Shown here: positions 45,368-54,009 of the stretch, one piece after another | Numbering within the stretch: position 1 is the first letter of the stretch | Layout of the letters: the number at the start of each line of letters is the position of its first letter | Made by a program: the position numbers and the translations under genes | Assembly: GCA_041650715.1 (NCBI GenBank) | Contig: JBAZKQ010000001.1 | Coordinates: forward strand, 70,945 to 134,944 | DNA from: Patescibacteria group bacterium | GTDB taxonomy: Bacteria; Patescibacteriota; Patescibacteriia; Patescibacteriales; UBA12465 | Length of the DNA: 64,000 nt | Direction of reading: 5' to 3' | The notes under the pieces: model-generated | The model's database searches: none | What the model saw: only the letters and a program-made list of their open reading frames with translations | Told to the model about the DNA's origin: nothing

Positions 45368-46747
45368 TTATCGAGGAAGAATAATTGTAAAGGTTGTACC
45401 CTGACCGACTTGGCTATTCACATGAATAGTACCGCTGAAATCTTTTTCGACAATTGTTTTAGTTGAAGCCAGCCCAAGACCGAGGCCGCGGCCCATAGTC
45501 TTTTTTGTACTGAAGAAAGGTTCAAAAATATGCGATATTATCTCTGGTGCGATTCCGCCGCCGCTGTCGGCAATTATAATTTTAAGTTCTAATTCGGTCG
45601 AGTTTAAAGTAATCGAAATTTCTTTCTTTGAACTTTCTTCACAGGCTTCAATCGCATTAGCGAGCAAGTTGCTGATGATTTGACCAAACTTAAGAGCGTC
45701 GCCCGTAATTTTAATATCACCAGTCGGCAAGAAATTAATTTCGACTCCCGCCCGGCGTGCTTTATAGCAGAGAATTTGCATGATTTGTTCGATTTCTTGG
45801 TTTACGGAAAAAAGACCAATGATATTTTCCCGCGCCAATTGTTTTTTGATGCTTAAGATTAAGCTTTCCATCTTGCCGGTTGCTAGCAGGGCTTGTCCAA
45901 GATAGGATTTGGCGCTTAATATTTTTGAATCAGTTTCGCTTTTAATTTGTTCAAGGTTTAGAGACACGGCCGTCAGGGGATTAATTAAATCATGGAAAAT
46001 TCCCGAAGAAAGCCGGCCGAATTCGGCAAAGCGGTAAAGCTGATTAATTTTATCTGCTTCCAGCTCTTGGATTTCTTGTGTGCGTTCAATTACTTTCTGT
46101 TCCAAGGAATCGCGTTCCGCTTGAAGTAATTTTTCACTTTCACGGGCCCGTTTGAGCGCGCGATTAATTGTCCGGATAAATAGCCAGGCGATAGCAGCAA
46201 TAATAAAAAGCAAAATAACATTACTGGCGGCATCGGCAATTTGCGCCGTTGCACAGCGCCAATAAGATTGGACCGGGATGAGACCGCTACCCTGAAGATA
46301 GGTAAATATTATTAGCATGAGCGCAATGAGAAAAGTGCTTAAAAAAGCGAGGCGGGCACCAAGCAAAATCCCGGAGAGAGTAATCACCAAGACTGCCAAA
46401 AGCAGGGCGGCGGGCAGGTCCGCGCCCCAGACAAAGAGCGAGTATATCATCGGTATGGCAAAAGTAATAATAAGCAAGACGGAAGCCGTTTTTAGCTTAC
46501 CGCGTCGGCTGAGATAAAATAAAAAGGCGAAAAAAAAGAAGATAATTAGCGTAACGCCGAGCGGAAGCCCGCGTTTATCGACATAAAGAATATAGTCGGC
46601 AATGCGGATGATATTAATAATAAAAAAACTGAGTAGAGAAAATATTAAAAGGATATTGAGAATTAATTCTTGACGCTGGCGATCTTCATCAACCTGGCGC
46701 GCCCTGACTAAATTTCCGAGCCAGGTTCTAATTTTAATTATTTCCAT
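45368..46747 (-). CDS. Sensor histidine kinase (multi-TM sensor, HisKA + HATPase_c)
   Basis: H-box SSGIFHDLINPL, N-box LLANAIEA and G-boxes DSGGGI / GRGLGLGL. Confidence 0.85.
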   Translation of the reverse strand: MEIIKIRTWLGNLVRARQVDEDRQRQELILNILLIFSLLSFFIINIIRIADYILYVDKRGLPLGVTLIIFFFFAFLFYLSRRGKLKTASVLLIITFAIPMIYSLFVWGADLPAALLLAVLVITLSGILLGARLAFLSTFLIALMLIIFTYLQGSGLIPVQSYWRCATAQIADAASNVILLFIIAAIAWLFIRTINRALKRARESEKLLQAERDSLEQKVIERTQEIQELEADKINQLYRFAEFGRLSSGIFHDLINPLTAVSLNLEQIKSETDSKILSAKSYLGQALLATGKMESLILSIKKQLARENIIGLFSVNQEIEQIMQILCYKARRAGVEINFLPTGDIKITGDALKFGQIISNLLANAIEACEESSKKEISITLNSTELELKIIIADSGGGIAPEIISHIFEPFFSTKKTMGRGLGLGLASTKTIVEKDFSGTIHVNSQVGQGTTFTIILPR

Positions 46748-46792
46748 AATATTAAAAAATACTCCCGGGTTTAGGCGGAAGTATTTTGAGCT

Positions 46793-46876
46793 TTAATAGC
46801 GCCACGGTATGCCCGCATTGACTGCGAGCGCGTACAGGGTGGCTAAAGTTTGTATTTTTTTGCTTACTTTTTTCAT
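46793..46876 (-). CDS. Possible 27-aa micro-ORF (MKKVSKKIQTLATLYALAVNAGIPWRY) between the response regulator and kinase genes
   Basis: ATG preceded by AAGGA at the right spacing. Basic N-terminus plus hydrophobic core. Too short for statistics. Confidence 0.3.
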   Translation of the reverse strand: MKKVSKKIQTLATLYALAVNAGIPWRY

Positions 46877-47000
46877 ATCCTTAGTATTGATTGATATTTA
46901 TTAAGTGCAATATCGACCTTGATTCGCCGGTTCAGGCTATTGCTAAATAAATTTTAGCAAAGGACCGATGAAGAAAATCTAAAAAAGATAAAAAATTTTT

Positions 47001-47672
47001 TTATCTTTCCGTATCAACCTTATAGCCGCGGTTGGAAGCGGTAAAAATATAGTGTTCTGAAGCGGTTTCCAGTTTTTTGCGGACGTTCATAATATGAACC
47101 TCAACCGTATTGGAAAAGGGATCGGCATTTTCATCCCAGACTTTATCCAAAAGGGTTTGGCGGGAGAGGAATTTTCCTTTATTAAGCATTAGGAATTCTA
47201 AAAGCGAAAACTCTCGCGACGACATCGGCACGCGGACACCAGAGCGGGTGACGAGAAATTTATCAGGGTCAAGCTCAAGATTACCGACCCGCAAAACTTC
47301 TCCTTGAATATTTTGCGGTCGCCGGAGCAGCGCCTTTAAGCGCGCGAGCAACTCCGAAAAAGGAAAAGGCTTGATGAGATAATCGTCGGCGCCCAAATTA
47401 AATAATTCCAATTTGTCATTAAGCTCGCCAAGAACAGTTAAAATTATTATGGGAGTAAAAATCTTGGCCGCGCGCAGCCTTTTGACGATTTCAAATCCGC
47501 TTAAGCGCGGCAGATTGCAGTCGAGCAAGATTGCCTCGTATTTATTGTTCAGGGCGAAGTCCAGGCCTTCGGCGCCGTCGGAAGAGGTTTCGACTTTAAA
47601 GCCGGCGTTAGCGAGCGATAACGATAAAGAGAGAACCATGTTGACGTCGTCTTCGATGAGAAGTAAAGACAT
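47001..47672 (-). CDS. OmpR-family response regulator
   Basis: Receiver domain (LLIEDD, LLDCNLP, KP) plus winged-helix trans_reg_C (LSSREFSLLEFLM...RGYKV). Confidence 0.9.
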   Translation of the reverse strand: MSLLLIEDDVNMVLSLSLSLANAGFKVETSSDGAEGLDFALNNKYEAILLDCNLPRLSGFEIVKRLRAAKIFTPIIILTVLGELNDKLELFNLGADDYLIKPFPFSELLARLKALLRRPQNIQGEVLRVGNLELDPDKFLVTRSGVRVPMSSREFSLLEFLMLNKGKFLSRQTLLDKVWDENADPFSNTVEVHIMNVRKKLETASEHYIFTASNRGYKVDTER

Positions 47673-48089
47673 ATATACGTATAGTTTATAAAAATATCAC
47701 AAGTCTGGCAATGAAATTATCCCCGACTCCGTATTTTTTTGAGAGGCGGGGATATTTTTAAGGAAGAATAATGTCTTCCAATTGATAGCGCCCATAGGGT
47801 AGGGGCGCGCGGTAAGAACAAAAGGGCTGTTTTCTCGGATGTAAAACCCGGCACAAAGCAAGGCGCGCCAGCCAGATTTTTTTCGGGCAGTCATCTTTTT
47901 TAAAACATTGGTGTCCGCGACAAGTTTTATTCATGTTTTATTTTTTCTTTATTATAGCTTAAACAAGATAAAGAAAATCTAAAGTATTTTCTCCTTTGGG
48001 GATAAGTAATCGCGGTCTAACATTAAAGGGAGGGACGGGCGTACTATGGTTTGCCATAATCAATAATTCGCGATATTATAAGGAGTATT

Positions 48090-50222
48090 ATGAGTGCAAA
48101 AATCTTCAAAATGACTCGCAAAAGCCGATTATTGGATGTTCTGCGCGACAAAGAATCCGACCCTTTTTCAATTAAAGAGGGCGGTTTTAAATATGGGCAA
48201 CTTAAGGACTCTTTTTATTATACTGACTGGACCGAGCAATCGTTCTTATCGGACACTGGGAGCAAGGAGATGGTTAGCCGCTCTTTTAGCTATTCTAAGC
48301 TGAAATATTTCGTAGCTGCGGTTTTACTCGCCATTTTTGTCATTGTGGGGCGCTCAATCTGGCTGCAAGTCGTTAAAAATGACTATTATAGCGTTTTAGC
48401 GGAGGGGAATCGCTTGCGAGCGGAAACCATCGAGCCGAAACGCGGCATTATTTATGCAAAGGGATTAGAGCCCTTGGTGCGGAATAAGGCTAATTTTGTT
48501 TTATATTTGCGGCCGATAGATTTACCGAAGAATGAATTAGTACGCGATGATTTAATCCGCCAGATTGGCGGGATTTTAGATAATGGCCAAGCACCTAAAA
48601 GCACTTTGACGAATGCGGTCGCGAGTAGTACCGGCGCGGACGGAATCGACCTGGTTGCCGATCAGCCAACTTTTTATAAAATTAAGGAAATGCTCGCGGG
48701 AGTGAAAATCGGTTCGCTTGAATCCTATCAACCCTTATTTGTCGCTGATAATATTGATTATGATAAGGCCATGCTTTTGGAAATAGAGTTACCGAATTGG
48801 CCGGGGGTGTTTTTAACCAGTAAAACACGGCGGGAATATTTATTGCCCTCAGCCACGAGTACGCCAGCGATTCTGGGCGAAAATAGTTTGTCGCATATTC
48901 TCGGTTATACGGGGAAAATTAATGATACGGAGATTAAGGCGATGGGCAAAGATTATTCCTTGATTGATTATATTGGCAAAGCCGGCTTGGAATATTCTTG
49001 GGAGAAAGAATTGAAGGGCAAAGCGGGTGCCAAGAATATTGAAGTCGACGCTTTGGGGCGTCAGAAAAAAGTGATAAACGAAATACCGGCAGTTGACGGT
49101 TCTAATTTGCAGTTAGCGCTTGATCTTGAATTGCAGGAAAAAACAGAGGAGATTGTAAAAAGCTATTTGGAAAAAGCAGGCCTGCACCGCGCTTCGGTTA
49201 TTATTATGAATCCGAATAACGGGGAAATTTTAACTTTACTGTCTTTGCCGGCTTATGATAATAATCTGTTCGCGAAAGGAATTAGCCAAACTGATTATAA
49301 TAAATTTTTAAATGATAAGGACCAACCATTGTTTAATCGGGCAATTAGCGGTGAATTTCCCTCGGGCTCAACGATTAAGCCTATTTTTGCGGCCGGCGCT
49401 CTTCAAGAAAAAATCATTACCGAAAATACGAGCGTGCTTAGTACCGGCGGTTTAAGTATCGGGGAATGGTTTTTTCCGGATTGGAAAGCGGGCGGCCACG
49501 GCGTCACCAATGTGCGCAAAGCCATTGCTGAATCGGTTAATACCTTTTTCTACTATATCGGCGGGGGCTATAAAGATTTTAAGGGATTGGGTTTAACCGG
49601 CCTGGTTAAATACTCGCGTTTATTCGGTTTGGGAGAACTAACCGGGATTGATTTGCACGGCGAGCGCAAAGGCTTTGTGCCGACGCAAGCGTGGAAAGAA
49701 GAAACGAAAAACGAACCTTGGTATATTGGTGATACCTACCATTTTTCTATTGGTCAAGGCGATGTAATCGTTACTCCTTTGCAAGTCGCTAATTATACGG
49801 CCGCGATTGCTAACGGCGGCACGCTTTATGAACCGCATTTAGTGAGTAAGATTTTGGATACTAATAATAATGTCGTGCAAGATGTGGCGCCGGTAATTAT
49901 CCGTAGTAATTTTATTGATCCTGATAATTTGCGCATTGTTCGCGAGGGGATGCGTCAAACCATTACCGCCGGAAGCGCCCGTTCTTTGAGCATCGTGCCC
50001 GTCGCGGTCGCCGGTAAGACCGGAACGGCGCAATGGTCAACCAAAAAAGCGCCGCATGCTTGGTTTATCGGCTTCGCGCCATATGATAAGCCGGAGCTCG
50101 TCATTACTGTTTTAGTTGAAGAGGGAGTCGAGGGCAGTACAATCGCCGCCCCAATCGCTCGTGATATTTTAAACTGGTATTTTACGGTTCACCCGGAACC
50201 GGCAGCGGCAAGCACGAATTAA
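48090..50222 (+). CDS. Class B penicillin-binding protein (PBP2/FtsI-type transpeptidase)
   Basis: N-terminal TM and dimerisation domain. STIK (SxxK), SVN (SxN) and KTGTA motifs. AAGGAG Shine-Dalgarno. Confidence 0.85.
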   Translation: MSAKIFKMTRKSRLLDVLRDKESDPFSIKEGGFKYGQLKDSFYYTDWTEQSFLSDTGSKEMVSRSFSYSKLKYFVAAVLLAIFVIVGRSIWLQVVKNDYYSVLAEGNRLRAETIEPKRGIIYAKGLEPLVRNKANFVLYLRPIDLPKNELVRDDLIRQIGGILDNGQAPKSTLTNAVASSTGADGIDLVADQPTFYKIKEMLAGVKIGSLESYQPLFVADNIDYDKAMLLEIELPNWPGVFLTSKTRREYLLPSATSTPAILGENSLSHILGYTGKINDTEIKAMGKDYSLIDYIGKAGLEYSWEKELKGKAGAKNIEVDALGRQKKVINEIPAVDGSNLQLALDLELQEKTEEIVKSYLEKAGLHRASVIIMNPNNGEILTLLSLPAYDNNLFAKGISQTDYNKFLNDKDQPLFNRAISGEFPSGSTIKPIFAAGALQEKIITENTSVLSTGGLSIGEWFFPDWKAGGHGVTNVRKAIAESVNTFFYYIGGGYKDFKGLGLTGLVKYSRLFGLGELTGIDLHGERKGFVPTQAWKEETKNEPWYIGDTYHFSIGQGDVIVTPLQVANYTAAIANGGTLYEPHLVSKILDTNNNVVQDVAPVIIRSNFIDPDNLRIVREGMRQTITAGSARSLSIVPVAVAGKTGTAQWSTKKAPHAWFIGFAPYDKPELVITVLVEEGVEGSTIAAPIARDILNWYFTVHPEPAAASTN

Positions 50223-50252
50223 GCGGCTAATACTAATTCATATTTAATTTTC

Positions 50253-50750
50253 ATGACTATACCATTACCTTTGCATCTAACTATACATTTGACGCTGGCC
50301 ATTATTGTCGGCTTTTTAGTCGGGCGTTATTATAAAAAACCGGGCTTAGGAATTATTCTGGGTATCATCGGCGGATTCCTAATCGACCTGGACCATGTTT
50401 TGGAATATTTTTTAGTTTACGGTCTGCATTTTAACCTCTTATATTTTTCTCAAGGCCGCGAATTTTTGCTGAGCGACAAAGTTCATCTTTGGTTTCATGC
50501 CTGGGAGTATTTTCCGATTTTATTAATTTGTGCCTGGATATTCAGAAAGAAGAAAACAATACAAATGGTGCTCGTGACTTTGGCTTTTGCCGGTCTCATT
50601 CATCTCGCTACGGACTGCCTAATCAATCATTACCCGCCGAAATTTTACTCTTTGATTTACCGGGCTAAAGCCGACTTTTCCGCTCAAACCTTAGTATCAC
50701 CAGCGGACTACCAAAAGAACATGGAATTAAAGGCAGAACTGGGTTTATAA
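50253..50750 (+). CDS. Membrane protein, YdjM/DUF457-like metal-dependent hydrolase pattern
   Basis: Four to five TM helices with an LIDLDHVLEY motif. Confidence 0.45.
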   Translation: MTIPLPLHLTIHLTLAIIVGFLVGRYYKKPGLGIILGIIGGFLIDLDHVLEYFLVYGLHFNLLYFSQGREFLLSDKVHLWFHAWEYFPILLICAWIFRKKKTIQMVLVTLAFAGLIHLATDCLINHYPPKFYSLIYRAKADFSAQTLVSPADYQKNMELKAELGL

Positions 50751-50766
50751 AAAATAATTTTCAAAA

Positions 50767-50803
50767 TAAAAAGGCCCGCTCAGATTTGAACGGGCTTATT
50801 TTG
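50767..50803. terminator. Weak bidirectional terminator
   Basis: A-run, GCCCG-N12-CGGGC, T-run between convergent genes. Confidence 0.45.
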
Positions 50804-50821
50804 TTGGTTTTTGTTCACTAC

Positions 50822-53074
50822 TTATTTGAGCAATTCAGGCTTAGATACATAGGGGCATACTTTATTAAATAATTCCCAAAGATCCTTAAGGGTAAGGAAG
50901 AATTCTTTAATCTTTTTTCCCGTCCAGGTAATTCCTTGCCAGCAGTAGGCGAATGGCCAAAGCATTATCTTAAATACATTCGTAATATTTTCCCAGATTA
51001 TATTTTTTTTAATCTCACGGGAGTTAATTACATCTTTGGCATCTTCAACCGATAAACCGGCCACAATCTCTCCGATAAGCTCCATTCGATAATCACGATT
51101 ATTTCCAGCTTTTATTATTTTTCCCATATTCTCGGATAAGAGATCTATTTTTTCCTGGCTCCCCTTTTTTATTAAAAGTTCAGAAAAATTAACACGTAAA
51201 TCCCTTTCATTCGGAAAAAAGAAGAAAGCCAGATAATCAATCTGACAAATTATTTCCCAGCGCGCTTGGTTTTCCAGTTGACCGAGCCATTGGCTGTTGA
51301 GAAACAGAGAAATGTGGCTCTTATATCCCAGGTTCCCCATTTTTCGGTCCATCTTGTAAAAAAAGTCAAAGGCTTGTTCTCGTTTCTCAATATTGCTTGC
51401 GTTGGCGATATTCGACATCAGAAGCGAGAAGCTGAAGATTAGAATTACAAGGGGAAAAAATAGAATAGGCAAGACACCAAAAGCGGTGAAATCAAACTCT
51501 CCAATTTTCCAAAACAGAATTCCAAAGACGATGACAGTTAACACCAGAAAGCCCTTGGCCAGGCGATTTAGTATTTTTTCAAACTTGATGAATTTACTCT
51601 CATTATTTAGGAACAAGTTAACCAGGTAAACAAATAGGAGACTGAAGAGGAGGGTAAAGATAAACCAGTTTGATAACAGGAGGTTGTCCGTGTACCATGT
51701 CCAGAATGACTTCGCCACGCTAACGATAAATTTAACTATCGGTAGGGTGAGATATTTATCGAAGAGAACAATTATTGGCGCCCCGATAGAAAGATGCAGA
51801 AGAAATCTGACAAAAGAGGGGATATCGTCATAATCGAACAGGCCATCGTTGTTGTTACTTTCTGGAGCCACACAAGTGACAAAGAAGAAAATGTAAAACA
51901 GTGCGCTGAGCATAAACATTGTAGTGAGCAGAAATCCGACTTGTGCGGCCAGGAAAGTAAAGATAGAGACCAGTAACAAAACGAGGCCTCCAATTATGGC
52001 AATGGCAACAACTAATGCAATGGGTGTCAAAATAATTTTAATAAGTATTTTGAGTGACTTACTTTTTTTGCCCCAGAGTATTAACAGATTTACAATAAGG
52101 CGAACTATTGCGACGTAGGCCCAGGAAATCATCGGCAACGCGAAGGCGGCCGGTATTAGGGCTAAAGCAGAAAAGCCGCTTTGTTGAATAACGCTCGCGG
52201 TACTGATAAGGGCAATAGGAGACACTATCCAGAACAGCGTTTGCATTATTAATGTCATCCAGAAGCCAGGACAGATATGATCTTTTAAGATCACTTCTTT
52301 TTTAGGGAAGAAAGCATAATTAGATCTTACCGTCCGGTAAAGCCACCAATATTTTCCGTCCTCTTGGTTCACGATAAAGTCATTAATGTGTTCCTTTATG
52401 GAGAGGAAGCGGGTAAAACTTTTGTTGGTGATTTTGCTGTCGTTGTTGCTACCTTTTGGATAGAGGCTAAAACCAAAGTCGAGAGAGAGCAGGCTGAAGG
52501 CCCAAGCACCCTTAGTTTGATTTCGTTTTTCTGCACAATAATCTTCCTGCAAGAGTTTTGTTACGGTTACGGTTCCGAACAAAATTTTTAGGCGGTCACG
52601 CAAACTTTTTTTGAATACGCGAGAGACTACTGGTTCGCCTGTTTGCGGAAACAGATCATTGTAATTGTCTTTAATGGCTTGAATCTGTTGAGTTGTGAGG
52701 CGACGCAAAAAGGATTCGTAAGACATCATATCAATGTTTTCACGCCAGATTAGCTTGCGCCAAACGCTCGTTGGTAATGATTCAACCATGATGATAATTT
52801 GGATTAGCGGATTCTTTTGTGCATAATTTTCCTTTAAGAAAATGAGGAAAAATTCGCGTAGCTCTTTCGGGGTGAGTGACATTTTATTAATTAAAGTGTC
52901 GTGGATGTAATCCCAAAAAATTAACGCGTGAGCCATTTGTACTTTTCCCCCCACATCGGATAACGTGTTGTAATAAGGAAAAATAATAAGACCTTCATCG
53001 GGATCGAGGTAAGTCTTGATTTTACTTGTCAGAAATTTATAAAATTTCTTGACTTCAATCGGTTTTTGTTTCAT
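50822..53074 (-). CDS. 750-aa ORFan: soluble N-terminal domain, ~10 TM core, soluble C-terminal domain
   Basis: Long clean ORF with no motif I recognise. Divergent from the hrcA operon. Confidence 0.75.
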   Translation of the reverse strand: MKQKPIEVKKFYKFLTSKIKTYLDPDEGLIIFPYYNTLSDVGGKVQMAHALIFWDYIHDTLINKMSLTPKELREFFLIFLKENYAQKNPLIQIIIMVESLPTSVWRKLIWRENIDMMSYESFLRRLTTQQIQAIKDNYNDLFPQTGEPVVSRVFKKSLRDRLKILFGTVTVTKLLQEDYCAEKRNQTKGAWAFSLLSLDFGFSLYPKGSNNDSKITNKSFTRFLSIKEHINDFIVNQEDGKYWWLYRTVRSNYAFFPKKEVILKDHICPGFWMTLIMQTLFWIVSPIALISTASVIQQSGFSALALIPAAFALPMISWAYVAIVRLIVNLLILWGKKSKSLKILIKIILTPIALVVAIAIIGGLVLLLVSIFTFLAAQVGFLLTTMFMLSALFYIFFFVTCVAPESNNNDGLFDYDDIPSFVRFLLHLSIGAPIIVLFDKYLTLPIVKFIVSVAKSFWTWYTDNLLLSNWFIFTLLFSLLFVYLVNLFLNNESKFIKFEKILNRLAKGFLVLTVIVFGILFWKIGEFDFTAFGVLPILFFPLVILIFSFSLLMSNIANASNIEKREQAFDFFYKMDRKMGNLGYKSHISLFLNSQWLGQLENQARWEIICQIDYLAFFFFPNERDLRVNFSELLIKKGSQEKIDLLSENMGKIIKAGNNRDYRMELIGEIVAGLSVEDAKDVINSREIKKNIIWENITNVFKIMLWPFAYCWQGITWTGKKIKEFFLTLKDLWELFNKVCPYVSKPELLK

Positions 53075-53110
53075 CGCTGCTTTATTTATTGGTTATTATT
53101 AGAATTAGAA

Positions 53111-53165
53111 TTTTTATTGGGTTGTCCCAGTTTTCAAGCAAAAAACAAGGATAACCCAATAAAAA
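53111..53165. promoter_or_regulatory. 17-nt inverted repeat (1 mismatch) with 21-nt spacer upstream of the 750-aa gene
   Basis: TTTTTATTGGGTTGTCC ... GGATAACCCAATAAAAA. Confidence 0.4.
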
Positions 53166-53267
53166 TAGGTATTTCGTAATAACCGATTGTCAATGAACAA
53201 AATCATAGTAATATAACATATTTGATAAATTAAGTCAATGGATAAATTTCGAGAATTTCTAACCGTT

Positions 53268-53294
53268 TTAGCACTCTCTTGACTTGAGTGCTAA
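53268..53294 (+). promoter_or_regulatory. CIRCE operator (HrcA binding site)
   Basis: TTAGCACTC-N9-GAGTGCTAA is a perfect match to the CIRCE consensus. Confidence 0.9.
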
Positions 53295-53307
53295 TTTTGT
53301 TTATAAT
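53279..53307 (+). promoter_or_regulatory. Sigma70 promoter overlapping CIRCE
   Basis: TTGACT, 17 nt, TATAAT. The -10 ends 8 nt before the hrcA ATG. Confidence 0.6.
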
Positions 53308-53315
53308 ATATTTGT

Positions 53316-54008
53316 ATGATAAGTGAACGCAAAAAATTTATCCTGGAAACGATAATTAAGGAATACCTAAAAACGGCTATGCCGGTGTCTTCGGGCGTGC
53401 TGGTCGAGAAGTATAAGTTTGATATTTCGACGGCGACTGTCCGCAACGAAATGATGGAGCTCGAAGATGAGGGCTATATCTACCAGCCCCATACTTCCGC
53501 CGGACGCGTGCCCACGGAAATGGCTTATGAATTATTCGTGGGCGATCTTGAAGATATTAAGAAGAGACGTGAGCTTAAACGACCGGAAAGCGAAATGCTC
53601 GAAAAATTATTTCGTCATGACGAAACCTCGTTCCGGCAGACCGCGAAAGCGATTGCCGAAATGTCTGGGGGCGCGGTTTTTTGGGCCTTCCATAAAAATG
53701 ATTTGTATTATACCGGTTTAAGCAATCTTTTTGCCCAACCGGAATTCAGCCAGCTCAATATGGTTTGCGATGTGTCGGAAATTATTGATCGCCTTGAAGA
53801 TATTATTGACGAAATATTTGAAGAGCTTGAAGACGGTCAGAAAATTCTCATTGGTTCGAAAAATCCTTTCGGTAATTTCTTGAGTACAGTATTGGTGAAA
53901 TATAAAAATAATAATGCGAGCGGAATTTTCGGCATTCTCGGTCCGATGCGCATGGACTACGCCCGTAATTTAGCGCTCACGGAATTTATTAAAAAGAAAT
54001 TTGATTAA
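53316..54008 (+). CDS. hrcA: Heat-inducible transcription repressor HrcA (short form, 230 aa)
   Basis: N-terminal wHTH ERKKFILETIIKEYLKTAMPVSSGVLVEKY...ATVRNEMMELEDEGYIYQPHTSAGRVPT, with CIRCE upstream. Confidence 0.85.
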   Translation: MISERKKFILETIIKEYLKTAMPVSSGVLVEKYKFDISTATVRNEMMELEDEGYIYQPHTSAGRVPTEMAYELFVGDLEDIKKRRELKRPESEMLEKLFRHDETSFRQTAKAIAEMSGGAVFWAFHKNDLYYTGLSNLFAQPEFSQLNMVCDVSEIIDRLEDIIDEIFEELEDGQKILIGSKNPFGNFLSTVLVKYKNNNASGIFGILGPMRMDYARNLALTEFIKKKFD

Positions 54009-54009
54009 T

